Shown in pieces: positions 50,501 through 63,790 of a stretch of 64,000 nucleotides of DNA. The translations under genes were made by a program, and so were the position numbers. The notes under the pieces were generated by a model. The model saw only the letters and a program-made list of their open reading frames with translations, had not been told where the DNA came from and did no database searches. Origin of the DNA: Tubulanus polymorphus (taxonomy: Eukaryota; Animalia; Nemertea); NCBI RefSeq assembly GCF_964204645.1, contig NC_134028.1:16499653-16563652 (forward strand), written 5' to 3'. Position 1 is the stretch's first letter. Every line of letters begins with the position of its first letter.

Positions 50501-52649
50501 AATAATCTACAGAACCACCCGAATAGCGAAAATTAGCAAATTGTACCAGTGATGCCAGTTTTTGTCATGATTTTAACGAACATGTCATTCAATAATCGAT
50601 GTGATCGGGTAAAAACTCGCCCCGTAAAGGTCCCTTTCAGTAAAAATCCCCTAGTTAAATATACCCCAAGGTAAAGGCCCCTGGTAAAAAACCCGAAGAA
50701 AGATTTTTCAGTGTCTAGTTGGATGTTCTTTTCTTGTTCCTCTGTATACCTGTATACCTTCTCTATCAGATAGAAATGTTGTTAACTGCAACTATCCGTT
50801 AATCAAACTGTTGAATTATTTCTTATAATCGGGAGTGATGAAAAGTTAGGAATGAAAATTAACGGTTTAGCTACTTGTATTTAGTTTAAAATCATGTGTT
50901 CTGCTTTAACAAATGCACTGTTTTATCTAAAAATATTATTTGACCCGAGTGCCTCAATCAGGGCTACATCAACAGTCCATCTCACTGATTACTTAATCAC
51001 AAATAATCACCAGCCATTGAAATGTTTAATCCTCATACAATACAATACAATTATCTCAAATCTAAATTTCATGAGATAAATGCTCCTAGATTTCATAGGT
51101 TTTATTCCAACTGTTGCGACAGTCATATCAAAACTGGACTATTCATATCAATAGACGTTAAAATGGACTGTTAATATATGAAAAGTCTTTAAGGCCATAT
51201 CATATATCTGAAGTGCGCTATGTTTTGCCTTGCAGTAATAATTTGATTTGTCACATGATTACTCCATATCTTCATATAATTTCCAAATAAACGAATACAT
51301 TTCCATTGTTATGTTAAATGACATCAGCAAAAGCAAATAGACACAAACTACTACACTACTGTGTTTAGGATGGTTTAAGAGATTGGACGCCGATTGATAC
51401 CAAAACTAGATTTCATGCAATCATTTTCTTTCCTTAAAATCGTTGCGAATTAACGCCTGAGTGTTCGACTCTGGACGAACGGTTAATGGAATTTAATCGG
51501 CTTTGTCTTTCTATAGCCGACTAGCTATTGAATACCAGTGATTAAGCCATAAGTAAATAAAGAAGTTACTTGGGATGTTTAATTAATTGATGACAATGTA
51601 CAAGTAAAACCAGGCCTATGAGACACCCTGTAAAATGATATCATGCAAGATATTGATATAAGCGTATTTTAGTCCTGATTTGAATGAATGTACCCACATT
51701 TTAGGCAATGAATCGAGACTTGGTTTTATCCCATAGCGTCAGCGCTAGTACATGCTTGAGATGAGATTGTTGGTTTATATTTTGAACTCTGTAAAGAAGT
51801 TTTGTACATTTAAGCGTGAATGACGCACTGTGATGAACTATTGTACCAAATAACATATTAAATTCAATGAAAGAATCTTAATGTTCCAAAAGGTATATAA
51901 GTGTAGTTAAGATTAATAGTTCTTTTTTTTCTTAATGAAAACCGATGATTTAAAATAATTTAGGTTATATCCCCAAAGTAAAAATCCCCCGGTAAAATAT
52001 TCCAAATATTTGATTTAACTAACATAAAATCAACACAATTTATTATGTTCAAAAAAACTCAACTCATAGATTCTAGATTTTATTGCATTTCTATTAACTG
52101 AAGATGATAGTAATGATGTATAGATGTATAATATGATGACCGAACGTTTGATGAGGAATAACTACTGTGGTTAGATACAATTCTCATTCTCAGGGTACGA
52201 ATCGGTTGATTGAATTCGGTCATTTAAACTACTGGCTAATTTACAGTGGTCACTATTGAAACGATTATTTGAAGTGCCCTTGAAATCAAGATAGATTCCT
52301 GTTGCGTAAATTAACTAATTTTTAAGCGACCACCTTCTATATACCGGTATTCGGTTAGCTCTTGGTTAGCCAGAAGTTTTACCATACAGACTCAGACTAG
52401 ATGATTGAATTAAATCTTTGAATCAAAATATTGTCACTGGAGTAAATATATATTCCTTATTACACTTTCAGCAGTGATCATATTTTACATGTAAATTGAA
52501 GGTATTACTGTCATCTAAAGTTAATAAGGTATTAGAATCGCAAAATTTAAGTTGTTCAAAACCAACATGAAAATGAGAAGAAAATACACAATATCCGTGT
52601 ATGGTGAATAACGAGACAAATCCCACAATGAATTCAGCTAAATATCCAA

Positions 52650-52700
52650 TGTTCTACGAGCAATGTTTCGGCTAATGCTATTAGCCATCATCAGGCCCCC
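52650..52700 (-). ncRNA. Possible degenerate hammerhead ribozyme (Penelope pLTR-type)
   Basis: CTGATGA-T-GGCTAAT-agc-ATTAGCC-GAAAC core with a perfect 7-bp stem II; stems I and III are weak. Confidence 0.4.
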
Positions 52701-53256
52701 GTCAACATGAAAATATTGATACGTAAATCGAATCCATATCATAAGCATACTTATTATTGTACAAATGAAATTAGGAAATACGACAAATTAACAGTTCATT
52801 AATACTTAAATAATGCTTAAAGTTATCGCACAGTTCACATCGCTCGCAAGCAGCTCGCAAGTTAAAAAGATTTCATCGCCAATTAAAATATATTACAAGC
52901 TCGAAGTTAAGATATTCCAAATTAAGAGTTCTTTATTTCTAATATTTTATCGCACAGCACAGTGAAATATACCACAAGTCAAAAAGAGTTATTTAGTTCG
53001 AATTAAAAGATAGTATGAATAAAAAGTTCATTAATTTCATTTATTCTATGAATTAATTTAAAGATTTATTTCAACAAAAGAGTTTAATGCACAGTTCAAA
53101 TATATTGCAGTTGTATTGTGGATGAATATGTTTGAATAAATATCGTGCTTTCAAATGTTCTTGAAAAATCGCCAAGTGAGGATTTTACCTAGGGGATTTT
53201 TATCTACAACCATCTAAAATGCCCCAGGCCCAACATCCAGTAGGTTTATGGCGAAA

Positions 53257-53708
53257 AAATCAAATACATTTATTTTTAGATTATTATCTCTTTCTATTTT
53301 TGGGATATTTTTAAATCTGACAGGATAATTATCTATCTTATGATTATTTTCAAATGGTTTATAATGTTTTAATCTAAAACTATGTTGTTTATAATCTTCA
53401 ACTGGGTGTAAGTAACTAATTATTGACCATAGAAAACATTTATCATCTTCATTTTGTACATTTATAACAGCATTAGTTTTAAATGGTAGTTTGATATAAC
53501 TTGATCCATTTATATTATCATCTTTATAATATGATAAATTATTTTCATCAATTGGTTTCGATTTAGTTAATTTATTATATTTTGTATTGTATACATGTAA
53601 AGTCATAAATATTATTTCATCAAATATTAATCCAAATCCTTCAAAATATTTCTCTTCTATTTTACTTTTTATTTCACTATAACATTTATTTAATTTATCA
53701 TCTATATA
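53257..53708 (-). repeat. Inverted duplicate of pPolB segment 54413-54864
   Basis: ORF 53214-53606(-) is nearly identical to the C-terminal part of ORF 54275-54874(+). Confidence 0.9.
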
Positions 53709-53761
53709 TTATAGAATACATCATATTTTGAAATTTAAAAAAAAGTCAGTTACCCTTTAAA

Positions 53762-56700
53762 ATGGAAGCAGATAAGAAGTACTCCCGTCCAACATGTAAA
53801 ATCAATATAGATAAATCTAAAAAAGCAAGACATAATAAAACTAAATCTCACTTAGAGAATAAATAGAAATTAGAATATAAAGATGATATATTAGAAACTA
53901 AATTAGATGAAATGAAGAATGAAAAAGAAATATATAAATGTGATACATGTAATCAATCATTCAGTTACAAAAGATATTATGAACAACATTTAAAATCTAA
54001 AAATCATATTAGAAATATTAATAATGATATTTTAGGTGAAGATTATTTTGATAAAGATAATGATAAGAAACATAAGACAATTAAAAAAATGAAAAATAAA
54101 TTAAAAAATAAAAGACCATACATGGAAGATGTTAGAAATTATATTAATTCATTAGATAATAATAAAGAAATAGAGATAACTGAAGCATTTAAAAGTGATA
54201 TTGGTCCAGCAGCTATCGAGTTTAAATTTTATAAAGGTAAAACGTTAGAAGAAAATTAAAAACATTTAGAAAATATGAAAAATATTATAAAAATAATTAC
54301 TGATGTTGAATACCCTAAAATTAGTATATCAGTTAAAAGTAAATTTATAAAATCTGAAGATAAACCAATATATAATATAAATTCCCATTCACAACATATT
54401 ATTTCAAAACAACATATAGATGATAAATTAAATAAATGTTATAGTGAAGTAAAAAGTAAAATAGAAGAGAAATATTTTGAAGGATTTGGATTAATAGTTG
54501 ATGAAATAATATTTATGACTTTACATGTATACAATACAAAATATAATAAATTAACTAAATCGAAACCAATTGATGAAAATAATTTATCATATTATAAAGA
54601 TGATAATATAAATGGATCAAGTTATATCAAACTACCATTTAAAACTAATGCTGTTATAAATGTACAAAATGAAGATGATAAATGTTTTCTATGGTCAATA
54701 ATTAGTTACTTACACCCAGTTGAAGATTATAAACAACATAGTCTTAGATTAAAACATTATAAACCATTTGAAAATAATCAAAAGATAGATAATTATCCTG
54801 TCAGATTTAAAAATATCCCAAAAATAGAAAGAGATAATAATCTAAAAATAAATGTATTTGATTTATTCAAATAACCAAAAACAAAAGGTAATAATACAAC
54901 ACATTATACATTAGAACCTTTATATCTATCAAAAGATTATGATTCAAATGGTGTTATAGATATATTATATTATGCAAATCATTTTATGTGGATTAAAAGA
55001 AATGATTCATTTTTCAAATCAGAAAATGATTTTGAAAATAAAATATATCTATGTAGAAAATGGTTAAATAAATTCAGTAATGAAAGTGCATTATTAAATC
55101 ATAAAAGGTTATGTGATAATCATGATTATTGTAAAATGATTTTACCAAATGGAAAAGATAAAATATTAGAATTCAAGAAATATTTTTACAAAAATAAAGT
55201 ACTATTTGTAATATATGGTGATTTTGAATCACTAAATAAAGAATTAACTGATCAAGATAGAAAATAAATATATTATAAAAGAAAGAAATTAAATTCTAAT
55301 CAAAATGATGTAATTGATTATTCAGATCCTCTAATAACAAATACTATTAAAAAGATTCATCAAAGTGCTGCAGCTTTTGGGCTATATATTAAATCTGATT
55401 ATCCAGAACTAATTGAAAGTGAATATTATCATTATAGAAATGAAAATGTTATCAATCATTTTTGTAACTTATTAATTGAATATGAAGTAAAATTTCATAA
55501 ATTGTTAAATGAAAATACATGTACAGATAATAATTATGACAGAAGATAAAGAAGAATTTTAGTTTGCAGATAAATGTTTTTATTTTGAAAAGATATTTAA
55601 TCTAAAAGATAAAAAAGTAAGAGATCATAATCATTTGAATGGAAAGTTTAGAGGCGCAGCGCATGAGAATTGTAACTTACAAGCAAAGAAAATCAATTTT
55701 GTTCCAGTTATATTTCATAATTTATCAGGATATGACGCACATTTATTTATCAAACAGTTATGCCATAAAATAGAAGAAATCAATAATGAAATAGAAATAT
55801 TAAATTCAAATAGATCAAAAGATAAAATACCAACTTCTAAATTTAAGATATTAGCTAAAACATCTGAGAATTATATATCTTTCCAATTTGGGCGTCTAAG
55901 ATTTATAGATTCATATAGATTTTTAAGCAGTTCATTAGATAATTTATCAAAATCATTAGTTGATGATGAATTAAATATATTAAACTCTTTCCATGCTAAC
56001 TTCCTGAAAATCAGATCCCGAGACTGTGCTAACTTTATTTCGAAAAAAAATTTTTTTCGAAAAATATTGGGTTCTCAAACTTCTAGACGGTCTAATACGC
56101 TTCCCTACACTAAAATATGATGATTCAGCTTGTTTCTGATGATCTAGCAATTCTGGGGTCGTTAGGGGCCCCCAAAATGTCCAAAAAAAATTTGACCTAC
56201 TTTCGGGTCATTCGGGTACCCCTACCCCTAACTGCAGCTTCATATTCTCTCTATATATCTCCATTATATCCACTGCGCTATGCATAGACACCGTATACCA
56301 GCCGCTGTGTCTACTTATAAAGCTTTCAATTTTGCCCTACTTTGTTTACACAACTTGACCTCAATTCACCGATAATGACTTTCGTGACCTAGATAGATTT
56401 TATTCATACACCCGCCAGCGAACTCGAACAAAAACAAGTCCCTGGGGTTGCCGGGACTACCAGGCATACATACAAGCCGTATAAGCTTTATACATTTTAT
56501 GCCATTTAGACAGTAAGGGGATATATAGGTCATCCAACTGTGACGTGGCGTCACACCCGCACAAACTAGCGTCCGGTCACAGTTAGCATGGAAAGCAACA
56601 TTATCCAAATAATGATGATTTTCAATTAATGAGATATAAAGGAGCAATTCCATATTCATTCTATAAAAATCATAATGATTTCAATATAACTGAATTATTA

Positions 56701-57815
56701 AAAGAACAATTCGATGATGAATTAAGATCCGAATGTGTTAAAGATGAAATTTATAAAAGAACATTGAATATTTGCAATCATTTTGGGATGAAAAATCATG
56801 GACAATTAGTAGATTTATATTTAAAATCAGATGTATTATTATTAACTGATATATTTGAAAGGTTTAGAGATCTAAAATATTTTAATATAGATCCATGTCA
56901 TTGTTATTCGAGTCCAGGTTTAACTTGGGACTGTGGTTTAAAATTTACAGATATAAAAATGGATTTGTTAACAAATATAAATCAATTACGAGGAGGAGTT
57001 TCAGGTGTATTGGGTGATAGATATTTCAATATAAATGATAACCCTGGATATAAGTTATTATATATAGATGCAAATAATCTATATGGTTGGGCAATGATGG
57101 ATTACATATCCTAAATTCATTGGTAACAGAATATTTGATGAAAATTTAGCTGCAGTTAAAATGAGGAGAACTTCTATGAAATTTAATAAACCAATTTATG
57201 TTGGGGCAACAGTTTTAGAAATATCAAAATTATTAATGTATGAATTATATTATAACGTATTACAACCTCATTTTGGAGAAAAGCATATAGAAATCTTATA
57301 TTTTGATACTGACAGTTACATATAAAAGATTAAAACTAATAACCTAACAGATGATTTAAAAACATTAAAACATCATTTTGATTTCAGTAACTATCCAAAA
57401 GATCATGAATTGTTTAACAAAGATAATAAAAAGGTGCCCGGTAAATAAAGATGAATTAGGTGGTGAAGAAATGATTGAATTTATAGGCATTAGGTCTAAA
57501 ATGTATTCATATAAAACTAAAACTCATGAAGCTAAAAAGTTAAAAGGAATAACCAAAAGTGTAGTAGAAAAGAATATTCATTTCAAAGATTATATCAATT
57601 GTATATTCAATGAAGAAGTTAGAAAACATAAGATGAAATGTTTAAGATCAGAAGATCACGAGATGTTTATTGAAGAGATAGAGAAGATAAGTTTGAATCC
57701 TTTCGATGATAAAAGATATATTTTAGATGATGGAATTCATACAGTCGCTTATGGTTGCAATTTAGATGAATACTTAAAGTTCAAAAGAGAAGAAACAAAG
57801 AGAATGAGATTATGA
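53762..57815 (+). pseudogene. polB: pPolB of Polinton 2, intein-free, with deletion near 57105
   Basis: C2H2 fingers; INVQNEDDKCFLWSI; VIYGDFES; RGAAHENCNL; FHNLSGYD; YLKSDVLLL (ExoIII); YIDANNLYGWAM (motif A); LYFDTDSY at 57296-57319; LNPFDDKR. Confidence 0.93.
55984..56595. mobile_element. TTAA-inserting non-autonomous TIR element (piggyBac/Kolobok-like) inside pPolB
   Basis: TTAA-ACTCTTTCCATGCTAACT ... AGTTAGCATGGAAAG; removing it restores ELNILK|QHYPNNDDFQLMRYKG; right tip eroded. Confidence 0.7.
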
Positions 57816-57874
57816 AAAGGATTCTAACATGTTAATCGGCTTTAATTCAATTTTAATAAAAATATTCATAATAA

Positions 57875-58230
57875 ATGGAGAGTAAACAAGTACACAGTGA
57901 GAACAACAAATCATTTCTAGATGGAATAAAAGATATCACAAATGCTAAATCAGCAGATTATAAATTTAAGAAGTTAAATGAACACTAACAATTCATAAGA
58001 AGTATTTAATTACTAATATTGATAGAGTTACTAACAAATATGGAGATAAATTAGTTATCCACTTAGAATATGAAGGGTTGAAAGGAAATAAATATAAATT
58101 CAGAACATATTTACCAGATAGATTTCATAGATTATCTAGTGAAGATCTGGAAGAATTATGTTCTGGTGGATTCTATTTTATATGTAAGTGTAAGAATGAA
58201 AAAGGGCACCATGATAAAGATTTCGAATAA
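57875..58230 (+). pseudogene. SSB/OB-fold-like small protein (homolog of 20626-20964), frameshifted
   Basis: MESKQVHSE...YGDKLVIHLEYEGLKGNKYK...LPDRFHRLSSEDLE. Confidence 0.7.
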
Positions 58231-58244
58231 AATATGTAAAATAA

Positions 58245-59002
58245 ATGGTAGAATTAAAAGAATATACAATATTTGTTGATTCAAGAAGACTTACAAATTA
58301 TAAATCACATAATTTACTAGTACAATTAGATAGAGAATTTAAGAATTGTGTAGATTTAAAATTAGTAAATGTAAGTTTATGTAACTCTTTTTATAATGTA
58401 TCGGATAAAAGTCTTGATCATAATGCTTTAATGATTCACGTTAGGAGAAATAATAAATGGTATCATCTATTCATAAAACCAGGATTATATAATTTAGAGA
58501 CTTTAGCGCAAGAAATTAATAGAAAAGCTAAGACAAAAATGGGCGCAGCTGCTGGATTTGGAATTAAATTTATTAAAAGTGATTTTAATAATAAATTAAG
58601 AATAAAGTTAGCTAATGAAGAACAGCATAAATTTATAGTGAGAAAACCATAAGCTAAAATGTTAGGAATTGCACCAAATAAACTTCATGCAAATGTTGAT
58701 AGTATAGCAAATATAATGCCTTTTACACATTTTATATTTATTGCAATTTAATTAACCCTGTAAAAACATTTGAAGCAACTAAAGATACAATTTGTAATTC
58801 TGGTTTATTAAATATTTCACCATTAACAAATGTTGAACAATTTGGAACGCAAATAAATTATAATTTAGCTGAATGTGATTTTAAACCTTGTATTCCAAAA
58901 TCTAATAATTTTAGATTAGAAATTAGAAATCATAATGGATATTTAATTGATTTGAATAACTTTCCTGTGATATATGAATTAGTTATAAGATGTAGAGAGT
59001 AA
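58245..59002 (+). pseudogene. Putative minor capsid protein (penton)
   Basis: L..VSLCNSFYNV...IKPGLYNLETL..EIN pattern and C-terminal LEIRNHNGYLIDLNNFPV.YEL, as in Polinton single-jelly-roll pentons. Confidence 0.65.
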
Positions 59003-59018
59003 TTTTTTTGATATATAA

Positions 59019-59378
59019 ATTAATATAATAGTAGGACCGAGTATATGTTTTGGATTTGATTTTAAACGTGAGAAAGAAATGAAATTTGATATCAATGATG
59101 TAATAACACATATCAAAAATATTGCATTTTTGAATGAAACAACATTTGAATATGAAACAACAATAAATAAAGAAACTTTTAATGTAGAAAATATTACCGA
59201 TTTAATTAGAGAGTCTTTAAGATTTTATGAATTAGATGAAGATTTTATTATTGATGATATTAGAAAAATAATAACTGAAATATATGATAATCATAAAAGT
59301 AGTAATGAAATAAATGTTGAAATAATCATAACTAAGGTAACTAAATATTTTGAGGATAATTATTTTTTTGATAAATAA
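59019..59378 (+). pseudogene. Polinton hypothetical acidic protein (start codon mutated)
   Basis: Open frame; the homolog at 22948+ starts with ATG. Confidence 0.55.
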
Positions 59379-59620
59379 ATGAGTGATATAAGTGGATAAT
59401 AAATGGATTATATAATGGAGCATTATAATCAGTTGGAACTGTTGGTTATACAATGGTATTTAAAAAGTATTTAAAATGGGAAGTGTTAATGTTGATAGAT
59501 TTGATATCAATGATATTTCAAAATTAACGTTAGCAGTTACTTTATCTAATTTGACTATTCATTATTTGGAAAAACAAAAATATATTCCTCCTATATAAAT
59601 GCATCAAATTTTTACTAAAT
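59379..59620 (+). pseudogene. Small Polinton membrane protein
   Basis: ATAAATG start; hydrophobic; homolog at 9727-9864. Confidence 0.6.
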
Positions 59621-59622
59621 AA

Positions 59623-60038
59623 ATGGCATCTGCAATTATAACTATTATAGGATTGGCAATTGTTAACGCTTTAGCATTTACTGGTGGTGGATATTTGTTT
59701 AAGCATATTGATAAAAATAGTTCATTAGCAGAACAAAAAAGACATAACTTAGCGTTAGAAAAATATAATAATGCAGTAGAAGAATATAGAGAAAAAAGAC
59801 AAAACTATATGGATTATATCAATAGAGAATTTTATAATCAGAAAATTACACACATTTTCAATCAGTTGATGATGCAATGAGTTTATATAACGTAGTAACA
59901 AATAAAGAAAAATTACATCTATATAAACCTACAATATCAGATTATGATACCCCATGTAAAGAACAACAGAAATATGAAATAATTTGGATTTTAGGTGGAA
60001 CAGTTATTGTTATATTTGTACCGTATAAATTTACTAAT
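59623..60038 (+). pseudogene. Polinton membrane/virion protein
   Basis: MASAIITIIGLAIVNALAFTGGGYLF...EQKRHNLALEK; hydrophobic C-terminus in a shifted frame. Confidence 0.65.
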
Positions 60039-60065
60039 TGATTATATATTATTTTTGTTAAATAA

Positions 60066-60500
60066 ATGGGTGATAAAGTTGATAATAATGACATTATTCC
60101 TCATGATATAAATAAAACTAAATTAAAATCATATTTTGAAAAACAAATAGTAGAATTTGAAAATGATTAAAAGATAAAAAAGAAAAAATATTTAAAATCT
60201 AAAATTATATATTATTTTATTTTAAGTGGTTCAGTTACAATTAGTTCGGTAATTACATTTTTAGCAATATTCAGCCCATTAACGCCTTTAGCTATATCAT
60301 TTGGTGCGTTAGGATTAAGTTCAAGTGTTTTAACCGGAATAAAATCAAAATTAAATATAAAAGGTAATAAAGAAAAAATAAAATCTAATATAAAAGAATT
60401 AAATAAATTAAAAAATACATTAGATTATATAATAAGTTTAAATGGTAATATAACAATTCAAGAGCAGGATAAATTATTAAAAGAATTAATAAATTATTAA
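60066..60500 (+). pseudogene. Polinton two-TM protein
   Basis: ATAAATG start, one internal stop, two hydrophobic segments. Confidence 0.5.
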
Positions 60501-60516
60501 TTTTTTTATAATATAA

Positions 60517-61873
60517 ATGGTAGATAGTTTTCCAAAAGCTTTTCAAAATAAAAAATCAATTAAATATAATATTCCTGCAATAGATTTAAATAAAGATATT
60601 TCATATAGAAATGAAGATAATTCATTAATCAATTTAGATATTTATGTTACTGAAACTAATAATTCTAATGCAAAGATGGAAAATATATATAATTAATTTT
60701 AAAAAATTGAAAAATGAAAAACAATGGTTATTAAAATCTAATATGAAGTTTTGGCAAAACCAATAAATTGTGCAGTTTATTACGCAACAACAGGTTGTGG
60801 AATAAGTTGGAATGATCATTTGAATAATTCTAAATATAAATTAATTCAGATTCCATACTTATTTTCAAATAAGATTAATATCGAATGAATTAGACTCCTT
60901 TACCAGGATCTAGATATTTTAAAGAATAATAATATTAATTTATCAAAGTTTTATAAAATTTGTAATGAATCTAATATAAATATAAATAATTCTGATTTTA
61001 GAACAAAAATTGGAACAATAAGATCACTTCCTTGCCCTAAAAAGATTGCAGAATATTGTGCACTTCCCTTACCAATTAATAGATATTACAATATCTATAA
61101 TAATAAATTAGGTTATGGTAAAATAGAAAATATGGATTTAGAAACATTAAATTTCAATTAATTACCGAAATTCTATGATAATTTAAAACAAGAAAATAAT
61201 AATGGTTGGGTTTATTTTATTTTAGAAAATAGTGAAGGATTTGCAAAATCAGGTATACAAAGAATAAATCAATCAATTAGAACTTATTTGATTTGTATTT
61301 TAGGATCACAAGTTGAAACAAGATCCCCAATAATTGGAAATTTAAATACATCATTTGATAAACAGAAACAATTTAAAGTATTATTTGAAGATTCCATTCA
61401 TAATGATAGAAATTGATCGATTCCAGAAAACATTGTAAGATATCAAAATTATTTAGATAAATCACATGTAAGATTAAATGATTGTATAGGACCTAATCTA
61501 TTAATTATTTCTGATGATTTAATATTATAGATGGGAAATATAGTTGGTTATAATAATCTAATTAAAACTGCTACAATAAATAATTCATTTGGATTAAATG
61601 ATATAAATAAAACGATTATTACTGCTCCAAAATTAATGGAAGGTGAAAAAAATTAAAAAACATATTCAATCAACTGAAACTAAAACTAAGAATATTAAAT
61701 TGGATAATGATTCTAAAATAAAAGATTACAATACATCAGTAAATATAAAAACTGATATTATCCAACATGATATAATTAAAACTAATAATGATAATAAATC
61801 ACATGAAAATACTAAATTAGCTATAACTTGTATAGGAATTGTAATAGGAGGAATATTATATTTTGAATTTTAA
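60517..61873 (+). pseudogene. Conserved Polinton structural/unknown protein
   Basis: FWQNQ..CAVYYATTGCGISWNDHL and RINQSIRTYLICILGSQVETRS motifs; C-terminal TM; several frameshifts. Confidence 0.6.
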
Positions 61874-61888
61874 TTTTTTATAATATAA

Positions 61889-63628
61889 ATGGTAGAAGGT
61901 GGAGAAGATATTCCAATGGATACTTTTGGTGACGCCCCTGGTATAAGCGATGAACCACAACCTGATTTTGATGAAACTAATATTGATAATGATGGATGAG
62001 CAGCATATAATACTTATTTAGGTGAAGATGATTCTAGTGGGCCTATATTATATGATTATGATGAATTTAAAGATGATACTGAAACAAATTAATTAGTGAA
62101 AAATTAATAGATTATTTAAGAACCCGCGATGAGATATTAATTAAAACTAGACCACAAAGAAAAGGTTTAATTAATAGATTAGAAACAACAGAAAACCCTG
62201 AATTGAAAAAAAGAATTATTTTACATAAAACAAAGTGTAACAAATACAGTTATTGAAGAATTATTACCAAAAAATGTAACAGATAACATTGAACCAGAAG
62301 ATATTTCAGAACAAATTAGAAAAGATGACATACATTTCATGAATAATTTAAAAATGATTCATGGTATTATGATGTTGAATTAAGTAACAAAAGTTTATCA
62401 ATTCAATTATCTAAAATGGGACAAGAAGATCTGTACCATCCTGAAATGTTAGCAAGATCTTCAATTGAACGTTCAAAAGGTGGTTCAGAATTTAGCAGAA
62501 TTATATGGAATGCACTCGATAGAATAAATGAAGAAGAACCAAATGTTGGTATTGATATTAACAATTATTCACTATTTAAAAATCCAAATTTTAATCCTAC
62601 TGATGTTGATCCAGAAATGGAAGAGTATGGAGATCGATTAGATAAATTAAGAACTGCAACACCAGAAACATCGAGAAGAGACATTCAACCAATTGATAAT
62701 GGTTCAAGTCAATTACAAGTAGTAAAACATTTTGATAGCATGTTAGATACAGTTCATTCATTTGAAGAAGAGATGAATAGTATTTTAGATAGACCAAGTA
62801 CTGAAACTGGAACAAATCAAATACAACATTTATCAGAAAAAGGATGACTTGATTTAAATGAAGAAGAATTAAAAATATTTCCTGAACAAGCACGTAGAGA
62901 AATTAAAGGTATGCAAGAATCAACTGGTGAAATTGCTAATATTAAGATGAGATTTTCGAAAATAACCATGTTAGAGAAAGAATTAACTGATGCAAATGAA
63001 GAATTAGAACAATTAAAATTAGATAAAAATCTTCAATTAATCCAGGAAGCTAATTATGAAAGCAGAAAGTTAGCTTTAGAAAAACAAATTGATGATTTAA
63101 ATTATAACAAAGAATTACAGGAAAAAGAAAGACATATATTATTAAAATCATTTGATCTCAATCATATTAAAAAATTAGCAGTTATTTTTAGAGATTTATT
63201 GATAAAACCAGATTCTGAATTATCATTGAGAGATAGAATAAGATTATTATTTAAATTAGAAGGAATAACAATTCTTTCAATTCTAACAGCTGTAACTATG
63301 TTATTTACAACAATTGGTTTAGCAAATTCAAATATCAAATTCATTAAAATCTACGCCTACTCCCAATAAACCGGATAAACCTCCAAATAATAATAATTCT
63401 ATACAAGATAAAGTTAAGGAAGGTTTAAAGAAATTAGCAAAATATCTATGGGAACTATCAAAGAAATCTGCTACAGCATTACCCGGTGTTATTGCATCAA
63501 TTGTTGGTTTTATATTGAAATCTGCTGGAAATATTCTTAACTTTGCTGCTGAACATATTATTTTATTTTTAGTAACAGTTGTAAGTGCAATTATTTTTGG
63601 ATTAGTGAATATGATAAAAAATAAATAA
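61889..63628 (+). pseudogene. Large Polinton coiled-coil protein with hydrophobic C-terminus
   Basis: Acidic N-terminus; LRDRIRLLFKLEGITILSILTA; ALPGVIASIVGFILK...FAAEHIILFLV. Confidence 0.65.
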
Positions 63629-63649
63629 TTAATTTTTCTCTTAAAATAA

Positions 63650-63790
63650 ATGAGTGGGAGTTACATAAATCCTTCTAAAAATTCTAGAATATCTAATGCT
63701 ATTAAAGCAGATAGATCTCATCATATAATTACTCATAATCCTTCTAATATTAATCCTGATGAAACTTTATACGTTAGAATTCCTCGATTA
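63650..63790 (+). pseudogene. N-terminus of putative major capsid protein, cut by a LINE insertion
   Basis: MSGSYINPSKNSRISNAIKADRSHHIITHNPSNINPDETLYVRIPRL resembles Polinton double-jelly-roll MCP N-termini. Confidence 0.6.

Larger units (their letters stand above)
53710..63790 (+). mobile_element. Polinton/Maverick element 2 (degenerate; no TIR seen)
   Basis: Very AT-rich, co-oriented gene array: pPolB, SSB-like, penton-like, membrane proteins, MCP start. Confidence 0.88.

Noticed and set aside
47600-52600. Possible host exons
   Set aside because: Only short ORFs without recognisable domains; the region contains degenerate repeat fragments
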